From positions 16,926,001 through 16,990,000 of the forward strand of contig NC_045138.2 of assembly GCF_008831285.2 (NCBI RefSeq): DNA of 64,000 bases, in the 5' to 3' direction. The stretch is from Nymphaea colorata. Taxonomy: Eukaryota. Position 1 is the stretch's first letter. Every line of letters begins with the position of its first letter. A model generated the notes under the pieces. That model was not told where the DNA came from and ran no database searches. It saw nothing but the letters and a program-made list of their open reading frames with translations. Shown piece after piece: positions 1-11,637 of this stretch. The translations under genes were made by a program, and so were the position numbers.

Positions 1-126
1 AATGGTGGCGATAAAGTTGATATTGTAATAGCCCCACCCAAGTCTCTCCGGCCACCAGGACGCCCAAGGAAGAAAAGAGTACGTGCAGAGGATCGTGATC
101 GTGTAAAGCGAGTTGTCCACTGTAGC
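1..126 (+). pseudogene. 3' fragment of a MUSTANG-A (MULE-derived) gene, truncated inside the C-terminal CCHC knuckle; continues off the left edge of the window
   Basis: Bases 1-126 are identical to 42072-42197. Frame 1 reads NGGDKVDIVIAPPKSLRPPGRPRKKRVRAEDRDRVKRVVHCS, then SY* at 133-135. Confidence 0.9.
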
Positions 127-127
127 T

Positions 128-428
128 CGTATTGACTATCAGTTGATTGTCATCTCTGAAGATGGTTTTGTGAGTCTTCTGACTGACAGGGAAAACCATA
201 AAGATGATTTTTGACTTCCAACTGATGAAAATATGGCTTTGTGGGTCTTTTGACTGACAGTGGATGCAACAAAGATGATCTACAACATTCCACCGATGAA
301 AATCAGTTTGCTCAGGTGATATTGTCCCATCTTCCTACCGTAATGATGTTCCCTGTGTTACTCATTCTGATTGTCAATTGATTGACATCTTTGAAGATGG
401 TTTTGTGAGTCTTTTAACTGATAGTTGA
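128..428 (+). pseudogene. Three tandem degenerate eIF5A C-terminal fragments
   Basis: 128-237 RIDYQLIVISEDGFVSLLTDRENHKDDF*LPTDENM; ~238-315 FVGLLTDSGCNKDDLQHSTDENQFAQ; 318-428 DIVPSSYRNDVPCVTHSDCQLIDIFEDGFVSLLTDS*. These match the plant eIF5A segment DIVPSSHNCDVPHVNRTDYQLIDISEDGFVSLLT..KDDLRLPTD. Confidence 0.88.
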
Positions 429-1489
429 AGCATGAAATAGTGACTGCACTGGTCAAACTCAAGTGGGATAAGTAGTGCTGAGAAGACAAAGCCATCTTAC
501 TCCAGCCACTTGGGTGACTGATTTGGTCTTGTCTCTTTCTTCCATGTCCATTGCTAAGTATTGGTTATTTTCAGTTGTCATTCACCAAATACAGAAGGAT
601 ATAGTGACATTGTCCACTGAGCCCGCCAAACTCTGTTCATAAAGTTCTTACAATTAGTCAAATTGAATTGTTCAAGCTTTCCAAATCTAAATGAAACATT
701 GTCCATATAATAAACGTTGGAGGTAAATAAGTTCATCAAGATTGGATAATAGTTGGACAATTTAGATGTTTAATGCATATTTGAATATTTTGACACTCAT
801 TTGCTTTTCTTTTAATGTGTAATATGCTTTTGACTTCTATTGGAAATGACTTATGTATGTAGATGAAGCAAAGACATTTAGAATTTTTTTCTTGTTCATA
901 TATACAAAGGGTGATTCAAATCTGTCAAATGTTTGATTTTCTAGATGGCTATAAATTAAAAATCCATCTCTAAAAATATCATGAACCATTGATAAAAGCA
1001 TGATGAACCACTGTCACACTACAAACCACCGTTAATACTCTTGTGATGACTTCTGGTAACAATTTTTTTCTTTTAGCCATGCAACAACATTCAATAGATT
1101 TGAACTCTCTTATGTATGTACTATTTCACTTAATGTATAACATAAACACATATTCTTGGAGTAGAGCAGGGGCCTTAGTTGCCATGATTCATCTAAAATT
1201 GAGGCTTAGACCAAGGTATGCTTCATCCATATATTTAGTCAAAGACCAGTTTCTCTACCCAGGTCCTCCAACCCCCCTACCCCCTTTGTATGCAGCAAGG
1301 GCCTGTTAGCCACAACGCATATACGAAGAAGGGTCTGTTAGACATAGCTCAAAGACGAAGGAATGGAGTGATTATGTACCTCAAGTTTATATGTTTGAGT
1401 GGTGAAAAAATTCAATAAGAAAGCTACAATTTTGAAAATAAAAAATAGCTCATCGTTTTAATCAAACAATGGCAACTTTCAGTAAGAAT

Positions 1490-1800
1490 ATGACAATTTG
1501 GCAAAAGATGATGGGCCTTGAGGGATGCAACTATTGATATTATATCATGTTTTAGATTGTAGAGATTGCATGCATTGTGTAAAAGCACATATCCAAGAGA
1601 GTTCCGTTTGAGCTTTTCATTGGGAGAAAAAGTGCAAGCGAAGCATTCATCATGCGATAATTCCAATTACCAAGAGTACAATTGAAACGAAACAAAAGAA
1701 AAAATGAAGCGAATAGAAATACCTCACTAGCTTTATGAATAACAGATCCTGAACAGATGCTTCTCCATATCATATAATAAGAGGAAACTTTGTTGTGTAA
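1490..1800 (+). repeat. Diverged copy of the tail that follows the hairpins at 59.5-61.1 kb
   Basis: aagatgatgggccttgagggatgcaactatt..atatcatgtttta resembles 59500-59550. tacaattgaaacgaaac..actagc..gaaactttgttgtgta resembles 60420-60543 and 60970-61095. Confidence 0.6.
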
Positions 1801-1822
1801 AGAAGGGTTATGCCATATTCTG

Positions 1823-2002
1823 CAGTGGTGGAGCCAAGAATTTTTGCCAAGAGACACTCCTTTAAAAGACACATTCATTTAGGTGCACCTTATATGTGAA
1901 TAGGCAAATAATTGCAAGGCACCAATATAAAATTAAAGAAAAATTTAATTTGGGGCTGGCGTGGGCAACTGCCCACGCCACCTATATGTAACTCTACTAC
2001 TG
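1823..2002. mobile_element. hAT-type MITE (CAGTGG..GAGCCA family), decayed
   Basis: Ends cagtggtggagcca / taactctactactg. Internal gtgggcaactgcccac is shared in reverse with 16907-17090. Confidence 0.6.
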
Positions 2003-2269
2003 GATATCCAATTTATAGTGGAGAAATTGACTCAATCTAGAAACTATGGGTACGATATGATTGCAAGGAAATCAAACCAAATGAAGCAATTATGGATACA
2101 AAACAATCGATTCTCATTTTTTTGTAGGTTTATTCCCTTTTATACATTAATTAATTGGTTGTTTACAGTATGTTATACAAGGGTTGTATCTAAGATGAAA
2201 AATCCTTCTCTATTTGTTTGTCTTCAACATCTATAGTTGAGAAAAATGGATACTAATGATATTGTGATT

Positions 2270-2302
<33 letters not shown>

Positions 2303-3479
2303 TAGATAGATAGATAGATAGATTTTTCATGGGGCATCTTCCTTTTAGAGAAGATTCAAGAGCACAACCAAGGATTTAGTGAGTTCAGATAAGGCCTACA
2401 AGCAGGCAGCTGGTCATGGGTTCAAATCCAATCGTAGCCCTTTTAAGTAGATCCTCACCTTGCTTGCCTAGGGAAGGCTTCATGCTCCAAGAAACTCTTG
2501 TTACTTAGTTTTACATTAGGATAAGACAAGTGACCATAGGCATGGCAGAATAAACTAGCTAGGGATAACAAAGAATTAAATCTTTTTATTGTGAATGGGA
2601 ACTTTCATTCACAACAATCAAAAGCACATTTCTTGGTATTGTTAAAAGTGTATCTTATAAGCTTCACACTGTTACTAAAAAAGGAAACTTTTTCCTACAA
2701 AGGTCAAGGCTCTCTAATTTAAGTAGGTTTAATGACCTCAAACGATTAAAATACTTGTATGATAAACAAATTTCATGTTGATTAGTTTTAGTAAGGTCTT
2801 TAATTATACCGAATATTATTATTATTTCATGTCTAACTCTGTTTTTCATTACTATGAAAATAGTTAGGTCAATTGTTTTTTATCAATACCAGAAAGTCAT
2901 GCATAGAAAACTTGACATAAACATGCTTATCGATATTTTTTTAGCCGACAAAAATGTAGTTTGGGTGAGCAGACGAGCACCCCACTACTTGAATGGCTGC
3001 TTTGAGACATAGGTGAACTTATACTTATGTCCTTCAACTTGGGAGCGCTTTAAGACATATGTGAACTTACAATTATGCCCTTCAACTTCACATGCCACCA
3101 TTTGCAGTCCAGAAAAATAATACAAAATAGCATGACGGCAGCCACAGGGATTCAAAACTCAAACCCTTTTTTTGTGAGTACTGTTGCTGCCGGTTGCTAC
3201 GGGGCTGAAAAAAGGTAGTTCAATTTTAACACCATATAAAAGTTAGGTGGGCCTTTATTGACTGTTTCTTGGTGATTTTGAAAATTTGCTAAAAAATTCT
3301 ATGAAAAAGAAAAGTAATTTTAAGTGGTAGAGTCACATATGGTGCAAGGTCTTCTCTGTTATCTCGAAAGTTAATGTGAAAACTGGTTTTATTTAATTGG
3401 TATTTATATTGACGATATTCAGGCGTCAGTAAAAACTTTTTCTGTTTTTTGGTAGTGTGGGGGGGAGGGGGGAGGGCAG

Positions 3480-3690
3480 GCTTGTTTTGGAGAAAGAGAG
3501 ATCTACTTGCCAGTCTGCTACTAGATCTTTCTAGATCTGCACACTTAGGGGAAAAAACAAAGAAACAACAACCTTGGCCATCCAGGTGGGCTTGTTTTGG
3601 AGAAAGAGAGATCTGCCTGCTACTTGATCTTTTTTTATCTACACACCTAGGTGAAAAAAAACAAGAAACAACAACCTTGGCGGTCAAGGT
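3480..3690. repeat. Tandem duplication of ~105-110 bp
   Basis: gcttgttttggagaaagagagatct...aagaaacaacaaccttggc occurs at 3480 and 3590. Confidence 0.8.
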
Positions 3691-3734
3691 CAAGACAGAC
3701 AGAAGAGGGGGATGAGAGAGGAAAGTCTGCAGTC

Positions 3735-3786
<52 letters not shown>

Positions 3787-3794
3787 ATATATAT

Positions 3795-3825
<31 letters not shown>

Positions 3826-4137
3826 TTGTTCAGTTTTTTCACTTATATGTTTGAATTAGGTGGCCACATAAAAGAATTGGAGGCTTTGACCTGTGGAAGC
3901 TGGTTATATACGCCACCTCCATGTATATAATTTAACGCATTATGTTAACTATGATAAAAAAAAAAATCATGATTAATACAAAAAGAAACTTTTTGTAAGG
4001 ATAAAAAAGTAACTACAAAAAAATGAGAATTTAGATAAAGATAAAATTTGTCAAACCATATATGCATATCTTTATAACCAATATACTCCTTTAAGTGGTA
4101 AAAAAATGTTTTCTTTTTTTTTCTCTCGCTTATAGCA

Positions 4138-4510
4138 ATGTCTCATTATCTTATAAATATTTTATTATCTCATAAACATTATCTCATACTTATGTTTAGC
4201 GTTATCTCATTCTTTTGTTCGTTATCTTATTATCTCATAAATTTATTGTTATCTCATAGACATTATCTCATACTTATGTTTGGTGTTATCTTATATATTC
4301 GTCTGTCTATTATCTCATTATCTCATAAACATCATCTCATATTTATGTTTAGTATTATCCCATGCATCTGTTTGTTATCTCATATGTCATAAAATTTTTG
4401 TTATCTTATAAACATTATCTCATGCTTATGTTTGGCATTATCTCATATATTTGTCTATTCATTATCTTATAAATCTTTTGGTATCTCATAAACATTATCC
4501 CATACTTATT
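4138..4510. repeat. Degenerate minisatellite built from TTATCTCAT units (higher-order period ~80-90 bp)
   Basis: Recurring tatctcataaacattatctcatacttatgttt(a/g)g blocks. Confidence 0.8.
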
Positions 4511-4936
4511 ATTTCATACATATTTGATACCTGAGACATATACAATGTTTGTTAGATGACACATATGTATATACAATGTTTGAACATAAAAGTAAATATA
4601 CATGTTGTTAGTAGGATTCACCCGTAAACATATGCTGGGGTGGCGCACGTAACTCGGTCTCTTGACCGGTGTAAACATATCCAAAAAAAATAGAAAACAG
4701 CAAGGTTGAAGGACTCAACTCTCTTTTTCTATGATCTCTAGAAGATTCAAAAATGGCGGCGTACGTACTGTCAATATTCCAAAAAGGCGGGGAAGCTTAC
4801 CACTGAAGCAGCCATCTCTAACTATAAATCTGCCAGCCCACCTCTCCGTTGCATGCATACCCTTGAATTCCCCAACTCCATTGCTAACGGTATTGCCCAT
4901 ACATAGTTGAATCAACCCACATAGAGAAAAAGAGAG

Positions 4937-5698
4937 ATGGCGACAACAATCCAAGGGAAGGTGAGGCCTGCCCAGATCATGGCGGTTGCCCTACTCTTTT
5001 TCCTCCTTTCTGCCTCCTCCATGGCCCAAGACTGCAAAGGCATTCTCTCTCTCTCTCTCTCTCTCTTTTTGTGAATCCTTTTCCTTATTTCTGTGACTGT
5101 ATATTCGTGCTTTTGTTGGCATGCATGATCTTCTTGCTTTTCTCTTTTCTTCTTGGTTCCATCGTTTAGTTTCAGCAGGGGCAGAGGTGGGGTGGGCATG
5201 TGCCGTGGACCTCCTTCAAATCTTAATAACTTTAAAAATTATATGTAAATTTTAAAAACTATAATTTAACCCTCGTGATGAAAAATTCCCCACTCTGAAC
5301 GGCGTTGGATAAATAAAAAGGACAAAGGAAAAGCTCCCGGATCCAAACTATTATGTACTTCGATGGTCAGATTCTAATGTCATTGTGAAAGGTTCTTTTT
5401 CACGTCTTTCATGGTCATGCATATCTTGTCCATATATATGTGTGATGTAGATTTCTATGTCCGAGATTGCGCTACCAATTAATTTCTTCTTATTAATACA
5501 GGAAAGAGCTCATGGCCGGAATTAGTGGGACTGTATGGACAGATCGCTCCTCTCATCATCAAAGCTGAGAATCCTTATGTGAAGGAATCTTTCGTTATTA
5601 AAGAAGGCACCGTCGTTCCTTTGGACTTCCGCTGTGACCGTGTCCGCGTCTGGGTTAAGCCCAACGGCATCATCTACAAGCCCCCCACCATTGGCTAA
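4937..5698 (+). CDS. Potato inhibitor I (MEROPS I13) serine protease inhibitor with a signal peptide; exons 4937-5039 and 5502-5698
   Basis: MATTIQGKVRPAQIMAVALLFFLLSASSMAQDCK-G-KSSWPELVG...EGTVVPLDFRCDRVRVWV...PPTIG*. WPELVG and DFRCDRVRVW are family motifs. The intron donor is GC (5040-5041). TATAAA at 4823. Confidence 0.88.
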
Positions 5699-5956
5699 AC
5701 CATTAATGTCTTTCATGTGAAGATCTTGGCTTGTTCTTAATAAGGTGGCCTGCATGTAAGGCTCTTATGCAATAACATATGTACTTGTCATTCATAAATA
5801 AATAAATATGTCATAGTTTAAGTATTCCTGGGGATCTTCTGGTCGCTAGTAATGGCTCATGGCAGGTATTACATATACAATGAATGTGTAAGTTTTCCTT
5901 TTTTTCTTGAAAAAGCTGAAAAAAACGTGAACCTAACGCTTCCGGCGAGGACCTGT

Positions 5957-6281
5957 CGGTGCCACAGCCTATTAATCACAACCATGTAACAGAAGTCACC
6001 ATGAACCATTTGATTTTCATGAATTGGAGAAAAATAATCATGCAAATGAAGCACGATGTTCAAACAAGAACCACTCTTCTTATACCAAATTTTCATCCCA
6101 TTAACTAGTTAGGTTAATCAAGTACTTAATGAGTAGGTGAATATGTTGCACTGATAAGTAGGACTTCCATAAAATTGCATTAACATCTAAGTTCATTGTT
6201 TTACCCAATAATCTTAGCTTCCCATAGGCACAAAAACATTCTACGCTCGTTAGAAGAAAATGTTTTCATGTGCTTAGATTG
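5957..6281. repeat. Dispersed duplication, second copy at ~10323-10668
   Basis: Shared cagcctatta...gatgttcaaacaagaaccactcttcttat...ccataaaattgcattaacatct...ttagaagaaaatg...tagattg. Confidence 0.8.
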
Positions 6282-6315
6282 TAACTGATTGTTATTGTTG
6301 ATAAATCAGCTCTAA

Positions 6316-6477
6316 GAGGTCGTTTGGTAAATAAAATACTTTGTATTTTGAGTATGTTATAAATCTATTCTAAAAATTAGAGCAGATTCATTGTGTTATA
6401 TGAATTTGTTTCAATCTTTGAGGTAGATTCATAAATTATGAAACACTCACATAATGTTCCAACTACCAAACAAACCT
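6316..6477. mobile_element. Tourist/PIF-Harbinger-like MITE
   Basis: TIR-like ends gaggtcgtttggta / taccaaacaaacct, flanked by TAA/TTA. Confidence 0.5.
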
Positions 6478-7651
6478 TTATGAAATGTTTGGAACAAGTA
6501 ACAGCATATTACCGTTCCAAGCATCTATCTTAAAAAGTGGAGTAAATTTGTGAAATATTTTTTACAGTTTTTAATGAAATCTAACAAATTTCTTAAATTA
6601 GATGAATGAGACAACATAACTGTTAATGCTTCCAAATAGCCCCTAAGGAATGCCAAGTATTTAACACACACCTGCCAAGACCATAATTTTCTTCCTCGAT
6701 TTATTTGTATCAAGTGCTCCGTCAAAATCAGTAATCCCACTCTGCTAGAGTTGCTTCCATTGTAGAATTTGATGCTGCCACTATGATTTGCTAATTAAAA
6801 ATGAAGTGTCACACATTTCAGTTTAATTTTAAAGAATCGAATTTCCTAACTCTTCATTAGAACCATGTCATCCAGTAACCAAAAATATGATGATTTATCT
6901 TGTAAAAATTCTTGCCATTTTTTTAGTTCAGAATTAATACTATCATCATGTTTTTAATTATGAAGAACAAACCCCACAAGGAGAACCTTGACAAAACTCC
7001 GAAGAAAAACCAAAAGAGATCAACGAAGATGCTAAAGCACCCAGACCTGTGAGCAAAACAAAACCAATCAAACAAAAAACACCTTAAAGGGGCACAGCTG
7101 TTGGAATGAGGTTATCTTCTTACCCACGGCTGTTGAATGAGGTTATGTGTGTGTATGTGTGTGTGTGAACTGGTGTAAAAAAATCACAAGGGACATTCAT
7201 TTGCTTTCAGATGAATACAAATCATTATATTATATATGTTTGAATTGAGGGCTGAGATGAAAGGCTCTGGTTTTATACACAAACACTTTCAAGAATTTGG
7301 TGGATATGCTGTCAGCTCTTATCTAAATGTTTGAATTGGGGGGCCGCATAACATAAATGAATTGGAAGCTTTGACCTGTGTGAACATATTCAAAAAAGAA
7401 AAAGCTGCACGGAAAGGACCTGAAGGATTCAACTCTCTCTTTCTGTGATCTCTCGAAGATTCAAGAATGGGGGCGTACGTACGGTCAAATTCCGGCAAGG
7501 CGGGAGAGCTTACCACCGCCGACGCAGCCCTTGAGCTATAAATCTACCAACCCACCTCTCCAATGCATGCATACCCTCTAGTTGAATCCCCCAACTCCAT
7601 TCCTAGGTGTATAGCCATAGTTGAATCAGACCCACACAGAAAGGAAGAGAG

Positions 7652-7765
7652 ATGGCAACAACAATTCAAGGGACGGTGAGGCCATCATGTGCCCAGTTCA
7701 TGGGGGTTGCCCTACTCTTCTTCTTCCTCCTTTCTGCCTCCTCCATGGCCCAAGACTGCAAAGGT

Positions 7766-7808
<43 letters not shown>

Positions 7809-8151
7809 GAATCCTATTCCTGATCTCTGTCACCGTACATTTCGTGCTTTTGTTGGCATGCATGATTTGTTCGCTTTCCCTTTTCTTTCGTTGGAGAGGG
7901 ACGAGAACTCTGTGTTATATTTATTTATTTATTTATATGTATATACGTGTGCAGGGAAGAGCTCATGGCCGGAACTGGTGGGCATGCAGGGACAGGTCGC
8001 TCCCCCGATCATCCAAGCAGAGAATCCTGATGTGAAGGAAGTTGACATTGTGAAAGAAGGAACCTTCGTTATTACGGACTTCCGCTGCGACCGTGTTCGT
8101 GTCTGGATTAAACCGAATGGCACCATTTACGAGGCCCCCACCATTGGCTAG
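7652..8151 (+). CDS. Potato inhibitor I (I13) serine protease inhibitor, paralog 2; exons 7652-7763 and 7955-8151
   Basis: MATTIQGTVRPSCAQFMGVALLFFFLLSASSMAQDCK-G-KSSWPELVGMQGQVAPPIIQAENPDV...EGTFVITDFRCDRVRVWIKPNGTIYEAPTIG*. GT-AG phase-1 intron. TATAAA at 7537. Confidence 0.93.
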
Positions 8152-8620
8152 ACAATTAATGTCTTTCATGCAAAGATTTCTGCTTATTCCTAATAAGTTC
8201 GCCTGCATGCAAGGCTTTTATGTAATGACATATACATTTGCTGTTCATAAATAAATAAATAAGCCTCGGTTTCCGGCCCGCTTGCAGATTGTCATGTGCA
8301 TGTAAAATTAATTTCGACTTGCTATCTATCAGCCTAGCTTCTTTGTAATATTTGATTTGACATTTGAGCTTTTCTTTGTACACGTGAACTTTGTCTTAAA
8401 TCTTCATAATTTTCTCTCATATCTTCACCAACATTGGCATGTCCATGCATTAATTCTGTAGCTATACTCACATGGTTACTATCATCATGTGCGTATATGC
8501 AACATATCTATACATGCAAGCGTAAGGAACTTACTACTGACGATCCACTGAGGCATTTGGCTCAATCTCCCAAAGTTAATGCAGCTATATGTTCTCTCTT
8601 GGTGTGCTCGTTTCCCGCAG

Positions 8621-8759
8621 AGAAGAGTTCATGGCCCTGAACTGGTGGACCTGATGTATGGTCATATCGCTCCCCCCATAAGCAAAGCGCAGTATCCTTA
8701 TGTGAAGAAAGTTCCCATCCTGAAAGAAGGCTTAGATGAGGGCCCCAACCATTGGCTAG
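8621..8759 (+). pseudogene. Potato inhibitor I exon-2 remnant
   Basis: Acceptor tttcccgcag, then KSSWP, a +1 frameshift, ELVD...ILKEG. The reactive loop and DRVRVW segment are deleted; ends ccattggctag; no exon 1 seen. Confidence 0.85.
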
Positions 8760-11637
8760 ACCAATGCCTGTCATGCCAAATCTCTGCTTACGCCTTACTC
8801 TTAATAAATTGAGCTCGATATAAGGCTTTAACGTGGTGGTGGTTAACAAATAAAGTTATACACTGGCCTTCATGCCATGATTATGTTTTACTTCTGTATT
8901 CTTATTATTAATGGCTCATAGAAATCCCCTTTATCTTTCTGGGGTATGTTTCTTCATAAAAGGAACAGCACATCTTGAATATATACAATGAAAACTTGTA
9001 TAGATGGACCTCGACTCTCGAATTATGATCAAATGGTTCACAAATAAAATGTACTTTGAAGTAACTTATTAGATTGGTAACTTCTTTACAACAAATCTGT
9101 TAGATTGGTATGCAGGTTTATTCAAGGACTTGTAACTTCAGGAACAAGCAAATTAGAGGTAGTCAATGGACACTCTTGGCTTGTGAAGGAGTGCAGATAT
9201 AATTGCAGTCGGTTGGTCCTAGCAGGCAGCTCCTAGAAGAAGTGCACATAACCAAAGAAGTGAAGTGAGAATATCCTTTGGATTATAACTTTCAACAGAG
9301 TATAAATATGCTCCTAACAGATTTGTCAATGTACTGATGATGGTAAACTGAAAAGAAACAAATGGCTCCCGTAATATTTCACATTACTGAGCAAAAGCAC
9401 CATACAGCTGATCTGCACTCCAAAGGAGGCGTCCGTCCATGAGTTTGGGCAACAAGAAATATCTTAAACATCCAAATATCTTTCAGAGGCATGATGTCAG
9501 AAGGTCATGAATGCATAATAGACAGGTGCATCAAAAGCAAAGATAAACCATTAACTGTTACATCTAACAATTATACATAAATAAAGGGCCACTTGGACTA
9601 CACTCTCGTCAGTACATGAAAATCAATGATTAATAATCAGGGAAAAGCTTACACTGTTTACAATTCGAGCACTCTTGGGGACAATATCAGAAGACAAACT
9701 CTTAACAAATTCCTAGTGACAAGTGCATAACCAAGCAGACACATCCAAAGCCAAAAAAACAAGAGGATGCTGTGGTCAGATTGTGTATATACACACACTG
9801 TTACAGGCGAGCAACCAAAGCTTCATTTTTGTTGATGTATTTGCTGATATGGGCGGTAAAACTTGAATTTCATCAAGTCCATTGGTCTTGGATATTTCAC
9901 CTTCCACGGTATGATTCTCTACCTGCACAAACAGTAGATCCCGAGTAAACATAATGGGAACTTTTCCAATGATTAACAGTGCATGTTCAAAGACCAACCA
10001 TGCACATTTATCCTCTGCCCCAGTCAAGAATAACCATCAACCAGTAGGCCCATGGTGTGTACAAAGATGTACATGAAGTTCTTATCAGTCCTGGACTTAT
10101 TACAGCCTCACTTGACTCCAGGTGCGGATGCACCATTTTCAAAAAAACATAAGTGTAAGTTTGGCAAGGATGTGCATGCGCATGTACATGTGGGTGTGTC
10201 TACAGAAGCTTGTATAGACAGAAGCTTGTATGTAGACGTAAATATTCATTTGAGCTAGAGCAAAAAGCATAATAACTGTCACACTACCCATGCCTCGCCT
10301 GCACCCAGTACACAATCAACTTGGGTGCAACAGCCTATTAGCCACACCCATGCGGCAGAGGTCACAGCAACCATGAATCATCTAATTGGCATGAAATTGG
10401 AGAAGAAATAATTCTGCAAACCAAGCATGATGTTCAAACAAGAACCACTCTTCTTATTCCAATTTTCCCTCCCATTACTAACTTAATCAAGTACTTAAAT
10501 GAGTGGGTTTAGATGTTGCACTGATAGGTAGGAATTCCATAAAATTGCATTAACATCTGTGTTCATTGCCTTAGCCTCCACAAAGAATAAGTAGCAACAG
10601 GCACAAAAACAACAATCCTGCATCATTCTGTGCTCATTAGAAGAAAATGCTCGCATGTGCCTAGATTGGTCAAAACATTATTGAAATGCAGGAATCTGGA
10701 GTTGTTACTTTTCTTGTCCTTCATTTCTCTTTTCGCTTTTTTGTATTTTAAGGGATCTATGCTAAACCTATTGATGGGAGGGGTGAATTCACATCCCTAA
10801 TTACAAAGTTCCGTCACCCTTCAACCACACTACTAATGTCCTGTTTTCCTTCCCAAGAAAATGCACTCAAGTGACAGTTCAGTACCAAGGCCATGTCAGT
10901 TCAGAAAGACAAAAAGAGCTTCTAACATTTCCAATCTAAGTTGCAGATATTCGCAAGTAGAGATATGCTACAATAGCATGGTTATCACTCAAAAAAACTA
11001 AAAAAGAACATAGATTAGTGAATTAGATTAAGAATAATGACAAAGGTTATCTAACTCTGAGGCAAGATCCACCTACAAAACCTATTCAGGTTGAATTTAT
11101 GCAGAATGTAGACAAGGAATTTCTCCACCCAACAAATACTCATATTAGCAAACCCAACCGATAGACAAAGCATGTTAACAACATTTAGTTCGACACACAC
11201 ACAAACACAGCTGTATCCCCAGATATGCAGGGACAACCATGTGATGTGGACTGTAAGTATCTAACAAGTTAACAGTGTCATTCAATTAATAATACTTAAG
11301 TCACTGATTATCTTGAATTAGTTCAGATATGGAAGGCATGAAAAATAAAATAACATCCAGATAGCACAATAAATAATACTAGACACACCTGAACTAGCTG
11401 CACAACCATCTTCCATGGAGATTATAAAACCTTATAAAATTTGAAAAAGAAATAAAAATAGAGAAACACATAAGATGCTTGCAAGAAGATATCACTCCAA
11501 GAGGAAGCAGTTACATGCTTCTGCAGAAGCAGCTACTTACAAAGTCTCAAATACAAAAACACGGTGTGGCTATTCTCCAACAAAAGTATGAATTTCTCCA
11601 TGCACTTACTCTGAGTCGACATGATCACCACCCATAA

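Noticed and set aside
445..520. Small stem-loop (ctcaagtgg / ccacttggg), possible snoRNA
   Set aside because: No convincing C/D or H/ACA boxes; could be chance.
578..760. Minus ORF with LRR-like LEQFNLTNCKN
   Set aside because: Single short motif with no further LRRs or exon context.
2390..2470. GGTTCAAATCC B-box suggesting a tRNA
   Set aside because: No cloverleaf; at most a decayed SINE (similar traces near 25670, 49015 and 62980).
9776..10027. 83-aa minus ORF downstream of MyoB
   Set aside because: No recognisable domain; MyoB already terminates at 11638.
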